NCBI GenBank assembly: GCA_023213395.1 | Contig: CM041465.1 | Span: 177,079,741-177,143,740 of the forward strand | Direction: 5' to 3' | DNA: 64,000 nucleotides | From: Cycas panzhihuaensis | Lineage: Eukaryota; Plantae; Cycadophyta | Shown: piece by piece, positions 40,198 through 54,200 of the stretch | Layout: each line of letters opens with the position of its first letter | Position numbering within the stretch: position 1 is the stretch's first letter | The notes under the pieces: generated by a model | The model's database searches: none | What the model was told of the DNA's origin: nothing | Seen by the model: only the letters and a program-made list of their open reading frames with translations | Translations under genes and position numbers: made by a program

Positions 40198-41695
40198 AAA
40201 ACATCACACGATAGACCCTTATGATAGACCTTAAATGATGTCTAATAGGACTGCTTAATAATCATTAAGCTAGCTGACAAGGATCTAAGGATAACGGTCT
40301 TAGATATATCATGGTATACCTTAAAAGCAATGAGATAACTCAACAATCCACAGGTGTATCTTTAGGTTGTAGAGGTCCCTTGGGACTAGATTTGGCAGTG
40401 GCTTAATTAGGTAATTTTTAGATTTCACCATATCCTCAACAATAGGAAGAAATCTCTAATGAAGGACTCCCTAGCTCTGCCTAACCCTATGCCTTCTACC
40501 TTCCTCCAAAGATTTACAAGCTTGGTTTTATTGGTAGACCCATTTATGACTATTGTAATTATCCTCTTGAGCCCACCTCTAGATTCTTATACTCCATGAT
40601 TCTTCCTATTTTTTTCAAAAAAAAGAATTGTTTAGTCTATTCCCTTACTCTCCTTAGAGATCTCTCCAATGTTAGGTTCCTATTAAACATACTACTATTT
40701 ACCTTTGATGTTGAGTCTATCTATCTTAGCATTTCGACCATTCAAGGCCTCAATGCCCTAAAAGAGATTCTTATTATTCATGTTATAGGGAAGAAAAAGC
40801 TTAATGCTTCCATTGTAAACTGCTTGCTAGAGCTTGTTGAGCTTATTCTCTAGGAACATTGTATGAAATTCAATGGCCTATTATTCAAACAAATTAGAGG
40901 AACTACCATCGGTAGTAATCTTGTAATGGTTTATGCATGCCTATTTCGATGCCAGCTTAAGAAAATAGTTGAGGAAAATAGAAATCTTCAAAACCTCTTG
41001 TTCTACAAAATATTAATTGATGGTGTTTTTGGGATTTGGAATAGATTTGAGTCTTAGCTTCAAGATTTAGGTAGTCAGTAATAGTCGATATAGCCAGAGA
41101 ATATTAGGATCACTTATGTCATTTCTTCTACTTCTATCAATCTATTATATGTCATTTTCTAGAAGGGAGAAGATTTTTTAACGATCGACCTGCTCTCCAC
41201 CAATTGCTACCAGAAGCCTTTGAATGCCTATTAATATATATACCTTTTAGTTCTTGGCATCCTAAATATCAGAAAATAAGTTTCATTGTTAATGAACTCC
41301 ACAAATTTCTTCTCAGAGAAAAAGAACACAATGGTTTTGTTCACATGAGAGACTTATTCTATAAGAGACTTAGAGCTTGAGGCTACCCTAAATACTTTTT
41401 ATTATATTGTTTTAGCAAGGTTTTAATTTATGACTACCCCAAACTACTCAAGAAGTATTGCTCTCAAGTAATGCCAAAGGGTAAGAGAGCACCCTTGGTA
41501 ATCAAGCCTAATTATTCTAGGTTTAGTAGAGAGCTTAACCTCAGGTCATCCCTAAACTCTAAACTACCGGGGCTCTACCAACAAGACCTCAACTTGAGGT
41601 AGATCCCTAGAGCACTAATCTGTTGAAGAAACCTATGGAAACTTGAAACATTCTTGATGCATAACAGATTCCTTAAAAAATATGGCATTATAGAC
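40198..41695 (+). mobile_element. Penelope-like RT, copy 2
   Basis: FTFDVESIY, FKQIRGTTIGSN, IDGVFGIW, QKPLNAY and SSWHP motifs; same 5' junction as copy 1. Confidence 0.87.
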
Positions 41696-44600
41696 AAAGT
41701 AGTTTAAGACAAAATAATTATTAATGATCAACCCTCGATGACTAATTTCAACTTGGACAACATAATTCTTGACACTCTAATCTTGGTGGCCCTAGATATA
41801 GAGCAAGAAGAGATGGATGACTCAAAAAATACTTGTTAACAAGCTCTGTAATATTGTTCATAGCAATCTCCTGAGCACTTTTGATATGGTTAGAACATGG
41901 CAACAGTCTCATACTTCTTGAGGCACTAACAACACTAATGAGTGGTAGCCCATCTTTTTAAAATAGGTATTTTTTGACTTGCTTAACAATACTATAATTT
42001 GTAATTGTAGCATTATGATAGGAGACTTAGAACCCACATTTTACTCTATCTCTCATTATTCTTTATTGTATTTTAATTGTAATAAGAAACTTAAAACTTG
42101 TACAGTTAACTCATTTTCTTAATTCTTACATCGATTGACTTTGACCACCACATGGCACACCTTTTTATGGTTGTCATTATTGGCCTTATTTCTTATACTT
42201 TTTGCTCAGATTCTATCGACTCTTAGTTTTTGGCAAGATTCCTGTGCCTTCTCTTAATGATTGTACAAGGTTCTCGACTTCCTCAAAGTTGCCTATATAA
42301 GTTTCATTCAGAACAAAACCAAAATCATATCCATTGATGAGTTCATAAAGAGTAAAACCGATTTAAAATATCCCTTTTGTATAGTTATGAAGTAGTTAAT
42401 ACAAATTTATAGTTTCGTAGTGTTATCATAGCATTTTACCTTTACTTTAAAGTTTTTTATTTTAGTTTTGTGCCTCCATAATTATTTACTCAATTCATCT
42501 ACACTATGATTTTTTTTTATTAACTTAATCTTCCAAAACTCTGTTTCATTGCACATTTGTATTCTTTACTACCTTTGTATAGTTTTGAAGTAGTTAATAC
42601 AAATTTTCGTTTTGTAAGGTTATCCTAGTCTTTTTCCTTTTACTTTAAAGCTTTTCATTCTGGTTCCATGCCTTCAAAATTATTCCCTTGGTTCATCTAC
42701 ACTATAATACTTTTTACCTAAGTTAATCTTCCAAAACTCTATTTCACTACATGCTTGTATTGTTTACTACTTTTGACTTATATATGGTTGAGAATATAAA
42801 ATAACCCAATTATTTTTGGAGAGGAGATGTTGATGTGTAAGGAGGAATTACTAAAGAGGAAATCTTTCCATAGATGATCAACGATCATCTGGATCTGGGA
42901 AATGATCTTCATGAACATTAAATAAGGCTTGGGATATATGTCTGAATTCTTTTGGAGATAGTTCAATGAATAGGGAAAAACACTTGGAACAAGTTTTTTT
43001 TTTTTTTTTGTGTAAAAAATTCAACATCACTTAGGTGGATGTTATCATTAGATTATTTGTTTATTCTTTAAAAGATTGTGCAATTGAACAGTTTCAAGAT
43101 ATATAGAAATTTTCCATTACCAATTGTCGAAGCTTAATGATGATTTTCAAGCCTAAGTATTGCATTCTAAAATATAATGCATCTTTAATAAAAGAACTAT
43201 GCACTATTAAGAGGAGTTGAGGGGAACTATTTCCTGCTTTGGTGAGCAATTTAAAGGAAAATTAAGACCCATAACCCTTACTCAAAGGCAAAGTGACAAG
43301 ATAGAACTAGAATGGTTTATTAAAGGATTAGATTTTTAAAATGGAATGATGTTAATATATATGCTCCAAGAAATAATCATGCAAACAAAAAAAATAGCAT
43401 TGAATATCAAATTGATAATGAATAAATTTGGCAAAAATGCTTCTCAGCCTATGGTGCCATGATGTAAGGAGACCTACATAGTCTCTCCAAACACTCATTC
43501 CCATATTTAATCAGTTAGGAGGAGACTAAGTAATGAAATATAACATTGGAGGAAATAAGCCCAAGGAAATGAGCCTTAAACTGTGTCTATGTTAAGGAGT
43601 CCTACAATAGAGATGGTTGATATCAAGCGAGAGAATAAGCTTGATACTATGGTTATAAATAATCAAGATATTCCATGTGACATTTAGATAGGTCAATTGG
43701 ATGATAATGAAGAACTATCAACGTCAAATGATGGAATCTCTAAAATATTTTTTGGACATAATCAAGGATTATAACTTCTACCCACTAAGTTAGTGGCCTT
43801 GCTTAGATCTCTAATTGAGTAAGGAGGCCTAAACAATTTCAAATCAAAGGTTAGGACTATCTCTAAAGACCTAGAGAAGGTCTTACCTACTTTAGGAAAA
43901 GAAAAGCATGAGGCAAATTAAAATGGATGAGACCCAATTTGGTAAACATATTCTAATGAAGCAAAATTGAAAGGCACAAGTAGAAGTATTTCCTTCCCAT
44001 CTCAAGACATGATCCCTTCTTCCATTAGTGTGATTCATCATGCCCTTGAAGAGTAAGAATCAACTAGTGTTATGAAAAGAGCTTCTACTCCAGATGATGT
44101 TGCTCATTAACAGATGTACCAGGATGATGAGTTCATCCTACCTCTCATGTAAGAATATGAGGATTTAGTTGATGTGGTAGTTGTCGGTGAATATGATTAG
44201 ATGGACGAAGAGGAAAAAGTTTAGAGTCTAGCTTAGACCAAAGCCCAATGTGGTTGGAAGTGTATAAAACCCATGATAAATTGTCTACCCTGTAATCACT
44301 CTTTGATTATGATAATGCAGAAAGTAATGAGGTTGTTTAATAGCAATATTTAGAAAGAATAACTCAAGAACTTAATCAAGAATATGAAGCTTTATCAATT
44401 GGACCAAAGTGGGATGTGCAGGGCTTTATAAGAGTTGATTTTTTTATGCTGTAAAGACCCTACAAATTTGAACAATCCGACATCTATCTATAACATATGA
44501 AGCTCCATTTCATGCATGACTTCTACCCCACATCTCCTAATGAGAATAAAGAGAAATTTCTAAGGTTGAAGTTTGGACCTAAACTTTCGATTAAACAATT

Positions 44601-46496
44601 CTTATATAAAAAGGGATATTGCCCTTATTTGTTAATATACGGAAAAGGAATTCTTCTACATCATCATATAATCTTGAGACATAGAGTTGGTACTCTCTCA
44701 AAATCATATAGAGGATGATTGATCCTACCTTTAAACTATGGAGGCTTGATATAAAGATGTTTACCCTCTTTGTAAATGAGCAATATTATAATCCATTAAA
44801 TGTTAAGAGTAATGTTTTATCTAGGCATTATTGTACTACTTAGATATTTCTCTATGAAGGTTATGTGTCATTCCCTCTTTTCTCTACCTATGACAAGTGG
44901 CATACATGCATTCAGCCCTTTCCAAGTCTTATGTAATTCATATTATATTTATAGAGGGATTTCCTTCATTAATGAAATGAGAATTCATTAAGAGTTTCAT
45001 ATGGTATCATAGCAAGATTCCCTAGTTAAGACAAGTTCAGTAGGGATCAAAAGAGAAAAGTTTGAAATTAAGTTTCTTTTAGGTTTCTAAGGGAATTTGA
45101 AAGAGTCTTTTTAGAAAATCTAAAGGAGTCTTATTAGTATTTAGGTTACAAAGCAAAGCAAGTATTAATTGCTTGAAGTACATATGAAGTACAAACTGTA
45201 CAAACTAATTTTTTGAAGTGCTTAAAATTCATTGAAATTTCACTAGCAAGGATGTTTTGAACAGGTTGTCATCTCTCTAAAGGTATGATTCAAAAATCAT
45301 ACGATTTAAGGTTGTTTCAACCTTCTTTCAATGGGCATGGGTTTAAAAAGGAGATCACAAATTTCTCTCATTTGACTCATATATTTCGAGTAATACCTAT
45401 CTTAAAGTCTTCCCCTCTATAAGACAAGTCTATTGATATTGATTTTGAAGGTATTTAATAAAGATTTTAAAAATTATAAGCATTTTTCTCAAAAAATCCT
45501 AATTGCCATGTTGGGACTAACCCCAATGTCACTAAAGAATTGTGCATCTAGGGCCTCTCAAAGCCACATTCGAGCCCCCCCAAGGCACCTAGAGCCTCCC
45601 AATAGCCACCTAGAGCCGGCGCAACTTTATTAAGGTAGTGTATTCATTTATTATTGTTGTTTTTTAATATTGTTTGAATTATTTGTCAGCTAATGTGCAG
45701 GTCGGGTGAAGGCACTTGCCGCCTCCCCAAAATTCTATTTAACGGGTGGGAATACCTCCCTGGTGTTTTTTAACACCGCCAACTTTGGAAATCACTTATT
45801 TACTCAAGATGTGTGCAATCTAATTTCCCGCTCTGCTCCTTTGAATCCATCATTTGGTATCAAAGCATTAGGGTTGTTTGATAACTGCCTATGTTGATCT
45901 AACTACTCATACATTTAGCGAAAGTGTTGCATATGACTACTTGTTGGAATCCTGGGAAGCCCATCTATCTATTGGAGAAATCAATTTAAAGTTTTACCTT
46001 ATGTGGAAGAAGATCTCGTCATCGGAAGTCAATCTTCTACAACTGGTCACAATAACATTACCAGGTTCTTCGTGTTTTACGTTTAGATATAAATCTATAT
46101 ATATTTCTTTGATATACTTTCTCTAATATATTTAAAATATTTGACTTCATTTATGGCTCTGTTGCATCACTATATTCTTCGTTTATGGATCCGTTGTGTC
46201 ACTAAGTTCTTATTGATATTTCATTGATTTATTATAGTTTTGCATTAATATATTGGTATATAGTATTGATTTGATCATATATACACCTACATTATTGTGT
46301 TTAATCTTCATTTTTTTTAGAGCATTCTCTTCCATTTGATATTCTGTGAGTTTCTCTTCATCCTGTATTCTCTTTTAGGCTCCATAGACCTTTATTGTGG
46401 AATAGCTCCCAGAAGCTCTTCTGCCAACATTGGCACCTTCATCCCCTCCAGCCTCCACTCTATGTTTCTTTGATGAATCATCAACAACATAAGACG

Positions 46497-46760
46497 TAAC
46501 TCTCTATTTCCTTCCATGTTGTGTCTGGGACACTTGCTAATTTGGCCTGAATCATAGGCATAAGAATAGGAAGAATCTCATTGCCAAATACATTTGAAAG
46601 CACATCAAGCCTAGTTGCATTACATTTCCTCAAATTCCATGAAATGATAATATAGTCTTCCTCCTCTTCTTCATCAGCACCATCTGCTCCATGAACTCGT
46701 GAGGTGCGAAATTGGGGCTTCAAATCCTGATCCATGTCAGGCACTGTTGCATCATCCTCT
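46497..46760 (-). pseudogene. TRN1: Captured intronless transportin-1 (karyopherin beta-2) fragment, acidic loop region
   Basis: EDDATVPDMDQDLKPQFRTSRVHG...EEEEED..ISWNLRKCNATRLDVLSNVFGNEILPILMPMIQAKL...WKE matches transportin PDRDQDLKPRFH...WNLRKCSAA.LDVLSNVFG.EILP. Confidence 0.9.
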
Positions 46761-46846
46761 ACACTTCCCTTTGGTACCTCCCCACGATAGTTGAAAAAGA
46801 TAGTATTATCTCTGCTTTGGGATAGGATGAAGAACTATGAGATCAT
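46758..46846 (-). pseudogene. AP4M: Captured N-terminus of AP-4 complex mu subunit
   Basis: MIS*FFILSQSRDNTIFFNYRGEVPKGSVE versus the family pattern MISQFF(V/I)LSQRGDNIVFRDYRGEVPKGS.E. Confidence 0.8.
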
Positions 46847-47059
46847 GATGCCCTAAAAAGTCCCAATGTCCTTACTTGTTTTTCCCCCTTTCTATTGTTC
46901 CAATATTCTAATAATTCATTTTCTTTTGGTCCAAAATTTCACACTTATTTGCGTATTTTACACATGAATCCTATCGCGTAGAATGCCGATTCAGATTTAC
47001 AATCCAGACCTTCAAATATACCAATCCAACCTCAGCTAAATCTTCAAGAGCTCTAAATA

Positions 47060-47225
47060 AGTGTCCCTGCATCAAATTACACAATTCCACCATTAAGCAC
47101 TGATCTCTGTCTCAAATCCCATGATATAACCCTCAAATACTTGTCTCTGCGTCAAATTCTACGATTTCACCATTCAATGACCGTCTCTACATTGAATCCC
47201 ACGATATCACCCTTAAATGACCATT
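47060..47225. repeat. Degenerate ~40-bp tandem repeat, about 4 copies
   Basis: Recurring TCTCTGCGTCAAAT..CACGAT.TCACC-like units. Confidence 0.65.
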
Positions 47226-48084
47226 TCGACATCAAATTCTTTACCAACAAAAAACTGTAATTTAATTCAAACGTCCAAAATGTGCCACCGGATGGATAAT
47301 TTTCAAGATTAAATTTGTTTGGACCACTCAATTTTCCAAATGTTCTAGATTTTCCTCGCATGGTCTGGACTGAGAGTTCAAAAATACAACATTTTTCGTT
47401 CCAACCTCCTACCATTTATAGATGCTTCTCTAATAACTATTCTTCCAACTCTTTAAAATCTAGCACTATCTTTACACAAAGCTTGTACAAGCATTGATCA
47501 CCATAGTTGGTCCAACCCCATTTGCCTCTACATCTTCAAGATTTAGGCATGAATTTGCTTGTTGCAATATGCTATTTGAATCTACTTGTCACTAGAATTA
47601 GAATTGGAAGTGAGATTTAAAAACAACATATCTCTTCACTCGTCATTGCATGGCCTCCTCAAACAAATTAAGGTAGAATTAATTTACTCTAAGCAGTCAC
47701 ATCCATAAACAGCCAAAGAAGACAAATCACAAGGAGGCATTCGAAGAATTGAACATGAGACCTCCCGCAAGTCTCCCTCTAGTTGGCCTATCAATTAGTG
47801 ATGTTCAAGATCTTCATGCCTGATTAAGTAATGAGATCCAGTTTGAAATCCTAATTCGACAAGGCTATGCGTCACTCATGATCCTTAGATCTGTCTTTAT
47901 CGTCATTGATTTGGCTTTGTCTCCACTACCCATTTGGAACAGCAATGTGCACCCAGCAAATTGGGATTAGAAACTATCCCAAACGTATTGCTCTAAGTTT
48001 CTCTAAGATGACAAATGCATGCTTGAATACGTGCAGTTTAATAACATCGTCACCTCTATTCACTCTCTATTTTTTTATTTTTTC

Positions 48085-48682
<598 letters not shown>

Positions 48683-51252
48683 GGTTCATATAGTGAGAGC
48701 GCCTTCTTAGACTTAAAGGTTTGATCTTTGTTTTATTTTTGTGCCCCTTTTTTTAATTCTATCTTCCTCGTTTTTGTTGTTTGTGTATTCACAGCAGTGA
48801 CCTATATTTTTTATTCAAATATGTTTTTTATAAAGTTTTTTAAAAAATTAAATTATATTGTATAAAAGTTGAGATTCAAGTTGGTTTTGGGTTTAAGACC
48901 CCCTTTGGTCTTTGCCCCTAATTTCATACTCTTCCATGTGACCTTCGGTATTATTTAAAATGGGCTTTGTTTCATATTCTAAAGTTTTTAAATTAAAAGT
49001 TACTTGTGTTTTTTTTTAACTCAACGAGTGAGTTCACCCTTCTGGCATCAAAAGGGTTTATCTTCTGTGAGGTCTTGGGGTCAATCCCTGCCCAGTCTAC
49101 CCTCAGGATGACAATTCAAGGGGGTTATTTTAAGGATATAATTTTTTTTCTTTTTTTTCTTTTTTTAACATTTTTAAAGCATAAGGTACTTAGATAATTT
49201 CTACAATATCTCTTCATTGGGATATTAGTTTCTAACGAAACCTATCCCGTTGAGTCCAAAATTTTCTAAGGTATAATTTAGACTGGTTATTTTCCATATT
49301 TGGAGCTTATTTTACCTATTTCTAATCAGTTTAAGTCAATTCATTTTTAAAATGCCTTCTTTTAGATTTTTAACATAAAAAAGTACTTGCTGTTATTTTC
49401 ATTATAACTTTTCTGTTTCACATCAGAATTCAGATCCGTTAGTTTTTTTGGAAAGCTGACTCACTCCTCTTCGAACTGACACTATTATTTATAAGTTTTA
49501 AAGTATTCTTGTATACTTTTAAAGCCATCAAAGTTGAAGTACATAACAGTTTTTAATTTGTCATTATTGCATATTTTTATACGTTATTTCTCAAATTTAT
49601 TAACTAAAAAGTATATTGAGTAACTCTTTACACTATATTTGATCATTTTACATTGTTCTGTAAAGTTTTTACTATTTTTTTATAATCTTTTGAGCCCAAG
49701 CTCTCGTTAAATCTCAAAAAGATGACTGCATCTTTTGTACATTAAAATCTTGACTTGTAGGAATCCATTCTCAAAACGGTTAGTTCCGTTGAACAGATAT
49801 TTCATAGATTTTCAAATTGGTATAATTTCACCTTAATTTAACATTGTTTAGTACAGCTTTAAAGTTCCTCAACTTGAGAATTCAAGATATCCCAACATGC
49901 TTGGTCTCTAACCTTTTTTAAAGAGTTCTTTCTTTTATTTCTTACCGATCACTCATAATACATGTTTGAGACTTGCATTTGATTTTTTATATAGCTTCTT
50001 TTAAGTTGATTTGTAGCATAAATTAATCATATACATCTAAAGCAAGTGACAAGTATATGATCAATTTCTTTTTCTGCAACTTAAAACGGGTACAATTCTT
50101 TTTTTTTGGAAGTTTCTTCTTTACTTTTATCTTTCTAAAGTGAAAATATATATTTTTTTTTTTTAGATTTTCAGCATTATATATCTTCATCAAGATAAAA
50201 AGATTTCTTATATTAAAAAAAAAAAAAATTATTTTTTGCTCAAGTTTGTGTTTGTTCATTTGTAAAATCAGTAGCTTAAGAATTCGTTACTTTTTTTATC
50301 ATCAAAAGGTCTTATTTCAGATCTGCATAGTCAAAAGGAAAATTAATTACTTTCTTTCATCTGTGTTGAAAAGTTCATTTACTTATTGCACTTATAAAAG
50401 TTGCATCTAGTTGGTAATATGTTTTACTTTCTTATGGCATCTTTCACTTTTAAGGGCATTGTAATTACTTGCATATTTCTTTCAAACATTTATTATTTAT
50501 TTCATCTTACTTAGATGTTATTATTTTTCATTCAAGTTATTTTTTTATTTGCATAAAAGGAATCTTTCAAAACCTTAAGCAAGACCACACTACTAATTAA
50601 TTTATTTTTTACATTAAAAATGATAATTACGAATTGAACCACCATTTTTTTCCAGCCTTGCAAGGGGAATAGTTAGGACCCCTGAAGCTACCACCCCACA
50701 CACGTTAATCGACCTACTTATATTGGATGAGGACAGTCATTAGCTATCAGGTGTATTCGGTGGCAAGCTAAAGTGTAGAACCTATTCATTTTTATGGTGT
50801 TTGGAGACCAAGGCTAGACTTGGAAAGGGTGAGTGACTTAGTCCAAGAACCTTTACCACTAGATCTGTCGCTAGGCATAAGTCAGGTGTAGATGGACCAA
50901 CAACTTAGGGGGGTGTAAAAACCTTCTTAACAGCCCACGTACTGAGGTATATAAAGCCTAGTACTTACATACTGGTATATTGGGTCCTTGTTTTACCATA
51001 TGTGGGCAGGCACCATTAGACAGAATAGCAACCAAAGGTTGCCTCAGGAGAAACTTAAACTTAGAGCCTAGTAGCCTTAATAAGTCCTAGTTCACTTATT
51101 CAAACTTTGGGAAAAACCTTGGGTTATACTTGCAAGCGAATTTTTACACTTAAAACTTTTTTTAAATTTTAAATTTAAATACTTTTTTGATATTCAAATT
51201 CAAATTTTAAAAATTTATTTGTTACATTTGATCAATAAAACCTTAGTTCAAG

Positions 51253-54200
51253 ATGACGTCTACCTTTGGGAACATGATTATCCCCAAATTTAATGGAAAC
51301 AATTTCTTCAATTTGAGTATGAGGATGAGACCCATCCTCATAGCTAACAACATGTGGGAAATTATGAAGACATGCTACAACGAACCAGGACCAAATCCAT
51401 CTGATGTAGAAAAGGTTACCTACAAGGAGAATGTCAAAAATGACAGCAAAACCTTAGCCCTCATCTTCTGTGCACTAGAAAATCATGTGTTCCCAAGAGT
51501 TAGTGAATCAGTTAAGTCCAAAGAAGCTTGGGATACCTTACAGTTGATATATAAAGCAGCAACCTCCTCTAAATTACAGCACTTGATGAGAAAGTTTAAA
51601 AATTTATGTATAATGCCCACTGAAATAGTAACCAAATTTATGACCAAAGTCTAAGATATTGTAAACTAAATAAGGTCAATTAGAGATACCCTAACTGAAC
51701 AAAGGGTAGTTGAAATGATCCTTAGATGTGTAGGAGTTGTAAGACGTTTCGAAATGGTGGCTACTAGTATCAGTGTATCAAAGGATCTAAGTACTCTTAA
51801 AGTAAAACAACTTAGTGCCATGCTTATGTCTATATAAGAGCAGCAAAGTGCAAATGAATCTCTAGAATATGTCTTTGCTACAAAGGTCTGCATTCAATCC
51901 AACTCCCAAGCAAAGACCTCAAGGCAAAAGGAATCTCCTCCAAGGAGAAAAGGTAGAAATCTTCAAAGGGATACTAGACAAGACCCTCTACGATATCAAG
52001 CCTGTCACCATAGGAGGTAAGGAGGACCCCAACAACATGAATACCCTCCAAGAAATACCAATCAAGGGAGATAATTTGAGAATCCTCCTTACTATCCAAA
52101 TTGTTAAGGGAATTCTCAATCTTCAAGGTCAAATCCAGCATATCAAGACAACAGACCAAGAGACAACCCTCATCAATCTTATGAGGAAAGGGGGAGGTCT
52201 TTCAATATTGATCGTTTTCATCCAAGAAGTAGAAGCCTAAGTTATGGGAGAAGAGATCCATTATATTGCACTTATTACCATAGAAGTGGTCACACTGAAG
52301 ATAAATGCTTCTCAAAACATGGACCACCATCTAGAGGATATGCTCTAAATTCATCAGAATCAAAGGTTAATAATAGGTTATTTCTATCTAGTTTTTCTAT
52401 TAAGGAAGAAGACGACAATAGTTGGTATATCAATTCATGTTGCTCAACCCACATAACTCACAAAGAATATTTATTTCAAATCTTTGATAAAAACAGAAAA
52501 GGGTCAATTATGTTTTGAGGCAATACTTCCCATGAATTAGTTAGGAAAGGTAACATAGCTTTGATGACTAATATTGGCAAATATAGATATTTAGATAATG
52601 TCTTATATGTCCCTGCCCTATGGAAGAACTTGCTATCAGTAGGACAGATGATGAGACAAGATTACAAGGTGATTTTTTATAATAATAAATGTGTTATCAA
52701 AGATAAGAGGAAAAATAAAGTTATTATTGTCAAAGGTAAAATGACTAAGGATCGTTTATTTAAGCTTATCCTCACTCTGTCAGATACCTATACCCTTAAA
52801 ACTTCAACTACCATGGATAGTGATTTGTGGCATAGATGATTTGGTCATCTTAACCACAATAGCTTGGCTCTTATGAAAATGTTGGATATGGTTAATGGTT
52901 TACCATCTATTGATGTCAATAAAAAGCTGTGTGAGGGATACGTTATTGGTAAACAACATAAAGAAAGCTTTTTGGATTTTAGTCATTGAGCATCTACCCC
53001 TCTTCAACTAGTATACACAAACATTTGTAGACCGATGACTACTCCCTCCTTAGCAGGTGTAAAATTTTTCTCACATTTATTGATGACTTCACAAGGACGA
53101 CATAGGTTTTCTTTCTAAAATATAAATCAAATGCTTTCAACCACTTTGTTGACTTCAAAACCTTTGTTGAGCGACAAAGTGGATATTATATCATTTCTCT
53201 AAGATCAGATAATGGAGGAGAGTTTAAACCTAATTCTTTCAAGGACTATTGTATCTACTATGGGATTAGGAGACATTTCACCAACCCGTACACCCCACAA
53301 CAAAATGGTGTAGCGGAAAGAAAGAATTGAACTATCATTAAAATGGAAAGATGTATGCTTAAGGATAAGAACTTTGACCATGAATTTTAGGCTGAAGCAG
53401 TTCATATAGTCGTCTACTTACTCAATAGATGTTCCAACAAAGTGATTAGGTGGAAAACTCCAAAAGAAGCATAGACTGGTTATGAACCAAGTATACATCA
53501 TCTCAGGGTATTTGGATGTCTAGCATATACCATATTCCTGATCAAAGAAGAATTAAGTTGGATGACCATAATGTCAAATGTATCTTCATTGGCTATAATG
53601 AATCTTCTAAATCCTATAAAATCTATAATCTAAAATCAAGAAAAGTTATGGTGAGTAGAGACATCAAGTTTCAGGAAGATACCTACTACCAAGATAATTA
53701 GGAAAAGCAAAAGGAGATTGCCATTAAATTTGATACATCAAGTAAGTCCAAATATGTGACTCCTATGTAGAGAAGTATCCATGAACCCACTAGTGACGGA
53801 ACTTCATCTCAACCTCCATCATAACATCTACCCAAATAGGTTCATCGCAACCATGACTTAGGAAATATCTTGGATAACAATAGGAGATCCACATGCTCAC
53901 ATAGGGTCAACTTTGTCTTAATAAACAAGGTACTCGAAACTCATGAGCCTCAAACCTTTGCTGAGGCTAATCAACATGAATGTTGGAAGAAGAATATAAG
54001 TCTATTATTAAGAATGATACATGGGAACTCATGGAGTTACCACCAAAAAAGAAAGCTATTGGCACCAAATTTGTCTATAAAACCAAGTTCCACTCAGATG
54101 GCTCCATCGATAAGTATAAAGCTAGATTGGTCGTAAAAGGATATGCTCAAAGAGAAGGCATAGACTATACAGAAACATTTGCCTCTGTCGCTAAGATGGA

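Larger units (their letters stand above)
31640..45343 (+). repeat. Tandem segmental duplication, unit 2
   Basis: Same order of gypsy fragment, nested gypsy, PLE, gag and Copia LTR; lacks element A. Confidence 0.93.

Noticed and set aside
46481-46744. Functional transportin-1 gene or exon
   Set aside because: An isolated ~90-codon piece within a Copia leader, with no neighbouring exons in the window.
47060-47225. CRISPR-like array
   Set aside because: Units are contiguous with no unique spacers, there are no cas genes, and the context is eukaryotic.
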